64,000 bases of DNA from a virus. The translations under genes were made by a program, and so were the position numbers. The stretch covers positions 8,445-72,444 of IMG/VR virus record IMGVR_UViG_3300032007_000018; one strand, given 5' to 3'. Of this stretch, positions 1 to 9,958 are shown piece by piece. Within the stretch, counting starts at the first letter, position 1; each line of letters starts with the position of its first letter. Under the pieces are notes generated by a model. The model was not told the DNA's origin and searched no databases. It saw only the letters and a list, made by a program, of their open reading frames with translations.

Positions 1-1424
1 AAGAAGAATATAAGAATCCTCGTAATTTTGCAGCGGGTAGTATTCGTCTATTAGACGCAAGCGAGTGCGCCAAAAGAAAATTAACCTTCGTAGTTTGGGA
101 AGTAATTGAAGGATTTGAAGAAATTGATTCTCTACAAGAGCGTTTGGCTAAAATAGAGAAACTAGGTTTCTTTACAGTCCCATGCTTAAAAACTGCGATG
201 ATTACTGATGATGTAGTCGAAACTATTAAAACTTTAAGCCAAAATATTCCAATAGATGGAGTTGTTTTTAAGTTTGATAGTGTCTCTTTTGGCAAAACTC
301 TTGGAGAAACTGCCCACCATCTTAAAAACGCTATTGCCTATAAATTCTATGATGAAGTTTATTCAACTACTTTACGCAGTATCGCATGGACAATGGGTAG
401 AACTGGAGTTCTTACTCCAGTAGCATTATTTGATCCTGTAGATATTGATGGTACAGAAGTTGAACGAGCTAGTCTTCATAATTTAAGTATTCTTGAAGAA
501 ACTCTAGGTAAAACTCCATGGAACGGTCAACTTATTGGCGTTTTTAAAGCAAATATGATTATTCCACAAATTGGATGGGCAGATTTAGATACTGTTCCAG
601 AAGAAAATAAGATAATTCCTATTTTAACGCATTGCCCAATTTGCGGCAGTCCGTTAAGAAAAAAACAAAATAATGATTCGGTCTTTTTAGAGTGTAGTAA
701 TGATGATTGCGATGGTAAGCTTATTAATCGCCTAGATCATTTCTGCGGAAAAAAGGGATTAGATATTAAAGGATTATCTAAGGCTACATTAGAAAAATTA
801 GTCGATTGGGGCTGGGTAAATAGCCCAGTGGATATTTTTTACCTGGGAGAGCATCAAAAAGATTGGTCTGGAAAACCAGGCTTTGGAGAGAAATCTGTTC
901 AAAATATTCTTGATGCTATTGAGGCAAGTAAAGAATGTAGTTTTGAATCGTTTATCTCCTCTCTTGGCATTCCTCTTATCGGAAGGAATGTAGCTAAAGA
1001 TTTAGCAGGACATTTTGGCTGTTATGACTGCTTATATGAAGCAATTAAAGAAAATTACGATTTTTCTCAACTTCCAGGCTTTGGAGAAAGTAAATCTCAA
1101 GCTTTATTAAATTTTGATTATACGGAAGCAGATCAATTATATGGAATTCTTGACGTGCAAATGTCCGAAATAACAACAAATGATGCAAAATTACCTTTAA
1201 AAGATATGAAATTTGTAATTACAGGAACTGTAAAGCATTTCAAGAACAGAGCTGAATTGCAAGAATGCATCGAGAAAAATGGCGGCAAAGTTGTATCTAC
1301 TATTTCTAAAAATGTTAATTATTTAATTAATAATGATGTAAATTCAACTTCATCTAAGAATGTCGCAGCAAAAAAGATGGGAATTCCAATCCTATCAGAA
1401 GACGAGTTTTTGGAGAAAATTTGA
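1..1424 (+). CDS. ligA: NAD-dependent DNA ligase (LigA), 5'-partial. The frame is open from the window start, the stop is TGA, and there are no in-frame TAGs. OB-fold (DGVVFKFD, AIAYKF), Zn-finger (CPICGS..C..C), HhH and C-terminal BRCT-like region are present.
   Basis: Frame-3 translation is open from nt 3. Motifs NPRNFAAGSIRLLD, DGVVFKFD and AYKF are typical of LigA; the Cys4 Zn finger is present. Confidence 0.85.
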   Translation, partial: EEYKNPRNFAAGSIRLLDASECAKRKLTFVVWEVIEGFEEIDSLQERLAKIEKLGFFTVPCLKTAMITDDVVETIKTLSQNIPIDGVVFKFDSVSFGKTLGETAHHLKNAIAYKFYDEVYSTTLRSIAWTMGRTGVLTPVALFDPVDIDGTEVERASLHNLSILEETLGKTPWNGQLIGVFKANMIIPQIGWADLDTVPEENKIIPILTHCPICGSPLRKKQNNDSVFLECSNDDCDGKLINRLDHFCGKKGLDIKGLSKATLEKLVDWGWVNSPVDIFYLGEHQKDWSGKPGFGEKSVQNILDAIEASKECSFESFISSLGIPLIGRNVAKDLAGHFGCYDCLYEAIKENYDFSQLPGFGESKSQALLNFDYTEADQLYGILDVQMSEITTNDAKLPLKDMKFVITGTVKHFKNRAELQECIEKNGGKVVSTISKNVNYLINNDVNSTSSKNVAAKKMGIPILSEDEFLEKI

Positions 1425-1678
1425 TTGATTTTTCTAAAAATTTTTCGTACAATAAAATTGTAAAAATTAAGGATGAAAATTTTGTAATGAAACTAAAAGA
1501 ACTCAAAAAGCTGGCTAAAGAAATCGTCACTTTAGAGCAAATTATCGATACGAATGAAGATGAAAAAGCCGTGAATAAGGCAAAGAACCGAATTATTGAA
1601 ATTTCCGGCCATTTAGATCCGGAAGATATGATGCGTATCGACGAATTAGTTCAAGAACAAATGCAGAACCAATCTTGA
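1421..1678 (+). CDS. Hypothetical small protein (85 aa from TTG 1421; the alternative ATG at 1487 has an AAGGA RBS).
   Basis: ORF track frame 2. Its start overlaps the ligA stop. Confidence 0.45.
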   Translation: MIDFSKNFSYNKIVKIKDENFVMKLKELKKLAKEIVTLEQIIDTNEDEKAVNKAKNRIIEISGHLDPEDMMRIDELVQEQMQNQS

Positions 1679-1694
1679 TTTTAAAAAAATTTTT

Positions 1695-1703
1695 TGATAT
1701 AAT
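1695..1703 (+). promoter_or_regulatory. Extended -10 promoter element TGATATAAT upstream of CDS 1769.
   Basis: The same TGnTATAAT motif recurs at 4143, 7613, 15496 and 18697, each 30-70 nt upstream of a gene start. Confidence 0.4.
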
Positions 1704-1768
1704 TTTTACATAAGGTAAAGAAATTACCGAGAAATAAAAAAATATTTTTTAACAAGGAGAAATTTATT

Positions 1769-2035
1769 ATGGCTATGAAGGAAAATTCTAAGAAGGTTCT
1801 TGAGTATTTGAAGACTATTAACGGTCAGGACGTTACCGCTGCTGATGTTGCCGACGCTCTCGGTCTTGAAAAGCGCTCTGTTGATGGTATTTTTACCTCT
1901 GCTATCCAGCGCAAGGGTCTCGGTATCCGTACCCCTGCTGAGATTGAGCTTGACGATGGCACCCACAAGGCTGTTAAGTTCCTTTCTCTTACCGATGCAG
2001 GTATGGCATTCGATCCCGATGCCGATGCTGAGTAA
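1769..2035 (+). CDS. Small acidic winged-helix-like DNA-binding protein (88 aa). Strong RBS AAGGAGA; codon usage is GC3-rich like highly expressed genes.
   Basis: ORF track. The wHTH-like segment VTAADVADALGLEKRSVDGIFTSAIQRKGL is flanked by a strong promoter and terminator. Confidence 0.65.
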   Translation: MAMKENSKKVLEYLKTINGQDVTAADVADALGLEKRSVDGIFTSAIQRKGLGIRTPAEIELDDGTHKAVKFLSLTDAGMAFDPDADAE

Positions 2036-2050
2036 TTAAAGCATAAATTA

Positions 2051-2087
2051 TGCGGGGTGGGTTAATCGCCCACTCCGCATTTTTTAT
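2051..2087 (+). terminator. Rho-independent terminator (stem tgcggggtggg/cccactccgca followed by a T-run).
   Basis: Inverted repeat plus TTTTTTAT immediately after the TAA of CDS 1769..2035. Confidence 0.7.
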
Positions 2088-2088
2088 A

Positions 2089-3078
2089 ATGATTATCCTA
2101 TATGTACTTATCGGCCTACTTGTAGGAAGTCTTGGGATCTATTTACTACTTAGGCCGAAATTAAAAATTACTGCTCAAAAAAATATTGCTATAGAATAGG
2201 CAAATCAATAGCTTGAAATTCAAAATAGTAATTTGCTTGATGTTCAACAACATCGCAAAGAATTATTAGATAAAACAACTCAAGAATATCATGAAATGGG
2301 AGCCAAAAGAGAAGAAATCAAAAAGGCTCTTGAAGATTTGCGCGAAACATAGCAAAAAGCCGCTGAAGACTTATATAGTTAGGCTTTAAATATTGCCGAA
2401 AATTCATATGAAAAAGAAATTGACCGAATTAGTGATGACTTATTTCAACATCGCGAAGAAGCGAAAAATCTTTACCTTCAAGTCACTGAAGAGGCCGTCC
2501 AAGAGTTTGAAGAAGCTATTGAAGAAAAAGAAAAAGAATTTTCATATTGGAATGGACGAATTATTGCCTTACAAAAAGATGTATAGGTCGCTCTTGAAGC
2601 GGCTTAGCGCAAACTCGCCATGGAAACATAGCAAGACTATTATCGTGTATGTCTATCCGATGAAGATGTTACAGAGATAAAACGCTTGCGCGAAGTGCTT
2701 CCATATTTGCGCGACAAAACTCCATTGAATAAAGTTATTTATAAAGTTTATTATGAACGACCATTAACAGACATGATTGGCAGAGTGGTCGGAACTGGTG
2801 TTCATACTGGTATTTATAAAATTACTAACATTAATAACGGAATGTGTTATGTAGGCCAAGCCGCAAACATTGCAGATCGCTGGAAACAGCATTGTAAACG
2901 CGGTGTTGGCGCAGAAGACTGGACCCAGAATAAACTTTACCCAGCTATGTATTCTCTTGGAGTTGAAAATTTTACTTTTGAGATTGTTGAAGAATGCAGT
3001 AGAGATGCTCTCAATGAGAGAGAAGATTATTGGCAAGATTATTTTCACGCAAAAGATTTTGGATATAGTATAAAATGA
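2089..3078 (+). CDS. Membrane-anchored protein: N-terminal TM helix, coiled-coil region (DUF4041-like) and a C-terminal GIY-YIG/T5orf172-like nuclease domain. It contains 8 in-frame TAGs, translated here as Gln.
   Basis: Frame 1 is continuous from ATG 2089 to TGA 3078 if TAG is sense. N-terminus IILYVLIGLLVGSLGIYLLL; C-terminus GIYKITNINNGMCYVGQAANIADRWKQH...NEREDYW. Track ORF 2686..3078 is only the C-terminal fragment. Confidence 0.6.
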
Positions 3079-4145
3079 ATGAAACTTATTATTATCAAAG
3101 AAGTGGCGAATTATATACTAAATATACCAAACGAGAAATTTGGGATATGATTGATCCAAGAGATACTACTACTTTTTTTCCATTTCTACAAGATATGAAT
3201 TACCCATATATTGAAGAAGAGTGGAAAAAATTTCTTGACAAGTATGATCCAAAAGATGGTAGAATTATCGGACGGTATATTGCTCTTATGCGCCTTAAAG
3301 GATATCAACCATATACTTGGTCTGATTCTGCTTTTTTGAACGAATTGAGATAGCAAAAGAATATGAACGAATTTTTATATATGGAAGAAGTTTTATGCTA
3401 CGGTGATACTTTGCCGATAGCATATCATAGCGCACTTGAAGTGTTACAGCAAGCCCCTATTGTTCCTTGTCCGGATTGGAATACAAATCAAAAGGAAATA
3501 TCTGTCACTATGGTCGTTGGAAATCCATTAAAAGAACCAATGATTAGCAAACTATCTTTCTGTGATCCAGATAGCTTGGAACAATATCGTCAAGAAATGC
3601 TTGATGGTATTCTTGATTTTGAAATTGATAAAGGTAATTGGGTATATACTTATCACGATAGAATGGTAAAATATTGCGTTGGCGAAGAATGTGTAAATCA
3701 AATTCAATTTATTATTGATGAATTGAAGCGCAATCCATACTCTCGTCGTGCCGTAATTGACATTCGTAATAACGGTGAGGATATGTATAGTGACGATCCT
3801 GCCTGTTGGCAGCACGCCCAATTTTTCATTAGAGATAATAAACTTTATATGAAAGTTCTATTTCGCTCTAATGATGCTTGTAAAGCCGCTTTTATGAATG
3901 CTTTTGCGTTAATTATGCTCCAGAAGAGAATTGCTGATGAACTCGGTGTTGAAATGGGAACATATACACATAGGGCTAATAGCTTTCATTGTTATGAACG
4001 AGATTTCGATATGCTCGATGGTTATGTTAATAGAATCGCTCATGGTAGTGATGTGACATATTCATACGAGGACGATTGGAAGGAGCTAATGGAAGAGGCA
4101 AGACCTGAGATAGCTAAAAAAGTTGAATTTCTAAAAAATAAATGA
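3075..4145 (+). CDS. Thymidylate-synthase-family enzyme (ThyA or dUMP hydroxymethylase-like) with a ~96-aa N-terminal extension and one in-frame TAG at 3351. The core domain is 3363..4145.
   Basis: Track ORFs 3075..3353 and 3363..4145 are in the same frame, separated only by TAG. Conserved motifs: PYSRRAV, DPACWQHAQF (catalytic Cys), FRSND..FMNAFAL (an Asn at the dUMP-specificity position). There is an ATGA overlap with the upstream gene. Confidence 0.6.
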
Positions 4146-4151
4146 TATAAT
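4143..4151 (+). promoter_or_regulatory. Extended -10 promoter TGATATAAT upstream of CDS 4189.
   Basis: Motif recurrence (see 1695). Confidence 0.4.
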
Positions 4152-4188
4152 ATATATATAAAGAAATGAAAAAGAGGTTATATAAGTT

Positions 4189-4533
4189 ATGTCATTGAAA
4201 CAAGATTTTATTAGTTATGTTGAAAGCAATTTTAGCAAGAACCCTATGCCCGAAAATTTAACTGAATATTGGGAAAAATTTAAGGGCGGCTCCAGCGGCG
4301 GAGATAAGCCGCAGTTTACCGAGAACGGTAAAAAAATTCTAACTTTCCTCCAGATGAATGCAGCTACTCGCACATGGAAGTCAAAAGATATCGCGGATGA
4401 AATGTTTATTTCTTCTCGCACAGTATCTGGCGCCATCCGCAAGCTGGTAACTGACGGATATGTGGAGAAAGTTGGTCAAGACCCTACAATATATTGCATT
4501 ACCGAAAAAGGAATTAATGCACAAATTGAGTAA
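4189..4533 (+). CDS. Winged-helix (MarR-like) DNA-binding protein, 114 aa.
   Basis: ORF track. wHTH segment DIADEMFISSRTVSGAIRKLVTDGYVEKV; RBS AAGAGG. Confidence 0.65.
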   Translation: MSLKQDFISYVESNFSKNPMPENLTEYWEKFKGGSSGGDKPQFTENGKKILTFLQMNAATRTWKSKDIADEMFISSRTVSGAIRKLVTDGYVEKVGQDPTIYCITEKGINAQIE

Positions 4534-4594
4534 AAAATTGGTCAAAATCCTTTCATACTATAAAAATAATTTTTATATTTAATAGAATGGAGGA

Positions 4595-5521
4595 TTGATA
4601 AATATGATCAATGTTACAGAGGTTTCTATACAAGACTATTTTAATAAAAATGAAGAAGATAAGCAAAAATTTTATGATTTGATTTTAATAAATAATAATA
4701 AAGTTTCATCTAATACTCATTATAAAACGGTTATTTCGCCTGCGCCGCAAGCAAAAATCCCAGAAAAATTTTTTCATCAATTACAAGGCAAATTAAAATA
4801 TATTGCTCCACTACGAAAAAAGCATAAACAAAATGGTGGACTATCATTTTTAACCCTATGCGATTGTGGATAGTGGCATATTTTAGATGCGATAGATTTC
4901 AGAAAAGAAAAATAGACAATGTGTCCAACATGTAAATATAATAATATGACAACTATGAAGAATATTTCTGGATAGATTTTTGGATAGCTTTAGGCAATAC
5001 GCCCATCATCAAAACGTGGTTCTGATGGTTCTGTATATTGGATTTGTCAGTGTATAGATTGCGGTAATCAGTAGGAAGTAATTAAATATAATTTAACTAA
5101 AAAAGGTCATTTATGTGCTGTTTGCGGAGAAAAATCTAAAGGAGAATATAAAGTTGCTCAAATGCTTTAGGAAAATAATTTATGTTTTATAAGAGAAAAA
5201 ACATTTGAAGATTGTTTATTCCCAGATTCTTTCGCTCATGCAAAATTTGATTTTTTTGTAGATAATAAATATATTATTGAGATTGATGGATAGCATCATT
5301 TTTTTCCAGTGAAATATGGAAAAAATATAAGCGATCAAGATGCAAAATTATTATATAATAAAGTCCTTAATCACGATAGATACAAAAACCAATATTGTTT
5401 TTTGCATCAAATTCCTATTATTAGAATACCTTATTTAGCTATAGAAACTTTAAAGATAGAAGATTTAATGGTTGAAACAAGTAAATTTTTATTATATAAT
5501 ATAAGTATAAAAAATAATTAA
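4595..5521 (+). CDS. Putative freestanding homing endonuclease: repeated Zn-ribbon DNA-binding modules (YWICQCIDCGN) plus a C-terminal DUF559/Vsr-like PD-(D/E)xK nuclease domain. About 9 in-frame TAGs.
   Basis: Track ORFs 4595..4873 and 5309..5521 are in the same frame and the intervening frame is open except for TAGs. C-terminal FDFFVDNKYIIEIDGQHHF...IIRIPY. Paralog of CDS 15928..16809. Confidence 0.6.
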
Positions 5522-5535
5522 GGAGAATAATAATT

Positions 5536-6468
5536 ATGAAAACTATGATAAATAGCACACATGTCGAGGGCTTAGTTTACGAATCTACTCTTGAGCTTCG
5601 CGTTTCCGGCGAGAATTCTAAGAATCCCGGCACCGAGTTCATTATGGGTAATTTGAACATTGCAACTGATAATGACTGCACAAATATCGTTCCAGTGCAT
5701 TTTACTTATGTGACCGCAACTACTTCCAAGGGTAATGCAAATGCTACCTTTGGCGTCCTCAAGGACATTATTGATGGTAAGATTGGGACCGTTATGGCTA
5801 ATGGCGCAGAGAATGCGGGCAAGGTTCGCATCGATTCTGCTATCGGTCTTAATGAGTTCTATTCCGATAGAAATGGTAAGGAAGAGCTTGTAAGTGCAAA
5901 GCGTAATGAGGGTGGATTTGTTCATACTGTCGCTACTCTGAACGAAGACGAAAAAGCTCGTAATACTTTTACTGCTGATATGCTGATTACCAGCGTAACT
6001 CATGTTGATGCTGACGATCTTAAGGGAACTAAAGAGAAGGCTCTTGTTCGCGGCTGCGTTTTTGACTTCCGCAAAGCAGTTCTTCCTGTTGAGTTCTCTG
6101 TAACCAATGCTCGTGGTATGGATTATTTTGAGGGACTTGATGCTTCTCCTAAGACTCCTGTATTTACCAAGGTTTGGGGCCGTCAGGTTTCTAAGACCGT
6201 GACCAACGAGAAAATTGAGGAGTCTGGTTGGGGCGAAGCTAACGTTCAGACAAGCACCAGTACTCGTCGTGACTGGGTTATCACTGGTAGTAATACTGAG
6301 CCTTATGAGTGGGATAGCGAAGAGACTATCACAGCTAAGGAACTCACCGAGGCTATGGCAAATCGTGAAGTATATCTCGCTGGCATTAAGCAGCGTTAGG
6401 ATGAGTATAAGGCAAGTAAGGCTGCTGCTCCCGCGGCGGCTCCTGCCACAGGTGGGTTCAACTTCTAA
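5536..6468 (+). CDS. Hypothetical abundant protein (310 aa; possibly an ssDNA-binding partner of the downstream Sak4-like ATPase). It reads through the TAG at 6397 and ends with ...GGFNF at TAA.
   Basis: ORF track 5536..6399 plus an in-frame extension. Codon usage is GC3-rich and highly biased. It lies immediately upstream of the recombination ATPase. Confidence 0.55.
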
Positions 6469-6480
6469 GAAGTTGAACCC
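6444..6480 (+). terminator. Perfect 11-bp hairpin (gggttcaactt/aagttgaaccc) overlapping the stop of CDS 5536.
   Basis: Inverted repeat read directly from the sequence; the downstream T-run is weak. Confidence 0.5.
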
Positions 6481-6564
6481 CGGAAGTCTCTGTTGATATA
6501 ACAACATATAAGAATTTATAAAAAGAGAAGAATTAACAGTATTAAAAAATAAGGAGACATAATT

Positions 6565-7563
6565 ATGGCAGAAATTTCCCTACTTGACCTTAAACCACAT
6601 TAGGTTTCTCGTGACCTGCGCGGTTATTCTGTAATGTTTTATGGAACATATAAAACAGGAAAAACAACTATCGCAAGTCATTTCCCAGGCGCCCTCTTAT
6701 GCGCCTTTGAAAGAGGATATAATACTCTTCCCGGTGTTTATGCTCAGCAGATTCTTTCATGGGGCGATTTTAAAAAGGTTATTAACCAGTTAAAGCAACC
6801 TGCTGTTGCTGAGAAATTCCAGACTATCATCATTGATACTGGCGATATCGCATATGATATGTGTGTCAAATATATCTGTTCTAGAGAATCTACCGCAGAT
6901 AAGGTCTATGAAACTATTGGCGATATTCCCTATGGCAAGGGTTATACTCTTGCCATGCAAGAATTTGATGAACAACTTCGTAAAATTCTCCAGTTAAATT
7001 ATGGTCTTGTCATTATTTCTCATGATAAAGACAAGGTTTTTAAGGATGAAGCTGGCCAAGAATATAATAAAATCATTCCCACTATGGATAGTCGTGCTGC
7101 TCTTGTTTGCGAACGCACTTGTGACATTATTGGTTATGTTCGTGTTGTAAACACTGAAGAAGGTCAGCAGACTCGTCTTTTCATGCGTGGAACTCCTCGC
7201 TATGAAGCAGGTTCTCGATTCCGCTATACTCCAGATTCAATTGAGTTTACATACGATGCTCTTGTAAATGCAATTGCCGATGCTGTTGAAAAAGAGGCTT
7301 CACAGGGCGCAAATCGTGTAACTGATGAAAGTCAGGCTGCAAAAGTTTACGCTGAAGAAGAATCTTACGATTTCAAGGGTATGATGGACGAGTTCCAGAG
7401 TCTCTGTGGCACTCTGCTCCAGAAGAGTCCTAATATGCCGGCTAAGATTACTGCTATTGTTGATAAGCATCTTGGCAAGGGGAAGAAAGTTGGAGATTGC
7501 ACCGAAGCAAATGCTCCACAGCTCGATCTTATTTTGTATGATTTGAGAGAGCTTAATAAGTAA
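6565..7563 (+). CDS. Sak4-like RecA-family recombination ATPase (AAA_24-like), with one in-frame TAG.
   Basis: Walker A GTYKTGKTT. ATG 6565 has RBS AAGGAGA and is in-frame with track ORF 6634..7563. Confidence 0.7.
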
Positions 7564-7569
7564 TATATC

Positions 7570-7602
7570 AGCCCCGCGGTTTTCTGCGGGGCTTGACTTT
7601 TA
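7570..7602 (+). terminator. Rho-independent terminator (gccccgcgg/ctgcggggc + T-run).
   Basis: Hairpin followed by TTGACTTTTAT after the TAA of CDS 6565. Confidence 0.65.
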
Positions 7603-7612
7603 TATAAATATA

Positions 7613-7621
7613 TGGTATAAT
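7613..7621 (+). promoter_or_regulatory. Extended -10 promoter TGGTATAAT.
   Basis: Motif recurrence. Confidence 0.4.
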
Positions 7622-7651
7622 ATTTATATAGAATGATGAAAGGGGGATTTA

Positions 7652-8188
7652 TTGTTGGCCCATTATGTAACTTGCTCCATCTGTAATAAACGTTTTGACC
7701 GCGATAAATTTCCGGCAGTCCTGACCAGCTCAAGACGCTATGCTCATGCGTCCTGTGCTGGATAGCTATCTGAAGAAGACGCATAGAAAGAAAAAGATTA
7801 TTTAGATTTAGAAGCATATATTATTAAGTTATTCAATTTAGAGCATATGGACGGTCGCATAACTCTTCAAATTAAGAAGTATATGCAAGACCATCCGGAG
7901 TATACATATTCAGGTATTAAAAGAACTTTACAATATTTTTATGAAGTAAAAGGCAATTCTATTGAAAAAGCGAATGGTGGAATTGGCATTGTTCCTTGGG
8001 TATACGATGAAGCAAAAAGATATTACTACAATCAATGGTTATTGAGCCAAAAGAATGCGGATAAAGATATTCAAGCATATACCCCAAAAGTAAAAGAAAT
8101 AACTATCAAACCGCCAAAACGAGAACCGAAGAAGAAGAGAATCTTTATGTTCCTAGATGAAGAGGAGGTCAAAGACTGTGGCAAGTAA
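7652..8188 (+). CDS. Hypothetical Zn-finger protein (CSICNKRF...HASC) with 2 in-frame TAGs. The start is a TTG near 7652/7655 after an AGGGGGA RBS.
   Basis: Frame 2 is open from 7652 and joins track ORF 7847..8188. Confidence 0.45.
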
Positions 8189-9722
8189 ATATATTGATAC
8201 AACCGCAATCATGTAGGTAATTGGTAATGTTTTTAATAATCCACAGCTTTTGGACTTTACAGATAAATATACAGTAAATGACGAAGATTTTCCAGACCAA
8301 TTTCATAAAATAGCCTTTGGCGCAATTTATAAGCTTCATGAACTTGGCGTTCAGAAGATAACACTAAATGCGATTGCAGACTTTCTGGCGGCGAGACCTA
8401 AAAGTGAAGCGGTATTCAAACAGCAAAAAGGCGAGGAATGGTTGCTCAAAGTCGCAGAGAATTGCACACCAAATGCTTTTGATTATTACTACGATAGATT
8501 AAAAAAGTTTACTTTATTAAGAGCATATAACGCTTATGGAGTAGATGTTACTGATATATATGATCCAGACGACATTCTTGATACTAAGAAAAGACAAGCT
8601 CAAGAAGATAAATTAGATAATATGAGTCTGGTTCAAATAGCGGATTTAGTTGATAAAAAGATAGAGGATATTCGTCTTCGATTCGTTGATGAAGTAATTG
8701 ACGAAGCGCAACAGGCTGGCGAAGGAATTTTTGAACTAATTCAAGGGTTCAAAGATAACCCAGAAGCAGGAGTATCTTTATATGGTCCGCTTATAAATAC
8801 AGTAACCCGTGGCGCACGATTGAAGAAATTCTATCTGCGCTCGGCCGCTACTGGTGTCGGAAAATCTCGTTCAATGGTGGCGGATGCTTGTTATATCGGA
8901 TGTAATAAGATGTATGATGAAATCTTCGGTTGGATTAAAACGGGACCAGCGCAGCCAACTTTATATATTGCAACCGAGCAAGATTTAACAGAAATTCAAA
9001 CAATGATGCTTGCATTCTTATCCAATGTGAATGAAGAACATATCATTGATGGTAAGTATGAAGGCGATGAAGAAGAGCGCGTGATGGAAGCTGGAAGAAT
9101 TCTTAAAGATTCTCCATTGTACGTAGAACATCTTCCCGATTTTTCGCTTCAAGATGTTGAGAACAAAATCAAGCGTAATATTCGTGATCACGATGTTAAA
9201 TATATTTTCCACGACTATATTCATACTTCAATGAAGATTCTTGAAGAAATTACTCGTCGTAGCGGTGGCGTTAAGTTGCGTGAAGACAACATCTTATTCA
9301 TGCTTTCTAACAAGATTAAAGATATATGTAATGAATATGGCGTATTTATTATGTCAGCGACTCAGCTAAATGCTGATTATCAAACTAGCGAGACTCCAGA
9401 CCAAAACTTACTTCGTGGCGCAAAGAGCATCGCCGATAAGATTGACTTCGGCGCGATTATGCTTCTTGTAAAAGATGATGATAAGAAAGGTTTGGAAAAG
9501 ATACTCGCTACTGGAACGTTTGAAGTTCCAACGATTAAGATTTCAATTTATAAAAACCGCCGAGGAAGATATAAAGGAATCTACCTTTGGTGTAAAGCAG
9601 ATTTAGGCACCTGCCGCATTAAACCAATGTTCGCAACGGGATGGGATTATGAACTTATCCCGATTGATGATACAAGAATACATATAGCAAGCGCATTTCC
9701 AGATGATGAAGATGAAGATTAA
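8178..9722 (+). CDS. dnaB: DnaB-like replicative DNA helicase (GTG start with AGGAGG RBS; TAG at 8211).
   Basis: Walker A GVGKS, a DnaB-like N-terminal domain and an arginine finger RRGR. In-frame with track ORF 8250..9722. Confidence 0.7.
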
Positions 9723-9733
9723 GGAGAAAAATT

Positions 9734-9958
9734 ATGCTTAGAAAAAGTGAAAAGTTTGGAACAAGTATTATGAAGCTCGGCTCTGAAACTGGTAGAGTCG
9801 GGTCCGTAGAGTATCAGATGCCGCAGAAGATGGCTGATATGCTCCTAAAAGAGCGTAAGGGCCAGGACAAGAATATGCGTCCGCAGGACTTTCTTGTGAA
9901 ATATGTTAATGACGAATGTCGTCTACTTTATAAGTGCGTGAAGGTGACCACTATCTAA
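9734..9958 (+). CDS. Hypothetical 74-aa protein.
   Basis: ORF track; RBS AAGGAGA. Confidence 0.5.
   Translation: MLRKSEKFGTSIMKLGSETGRVGSVEYQMPQKMADMLLKERKGQDKNMRPQDFLVKYVNDECRLLYKCVKVTTI

Noticed and set aside
2393-2680. Frame-2 ORF inside 2089..3078
   Set aside because: It is a Lys-rich nonsense translation. The frame-1 read-through product has a coherent TM, coiled-coil and GIY-YIG architecture.
5572-6507. 311-aa ORF on the - strand, antisense to CDS 5536..6468
   Set aside because: The protein is low-complexity junk (LTCLILILTLL...). It is explained by the strongly biased GC3-rich codon usage of the sense gene, and it has no RBS.
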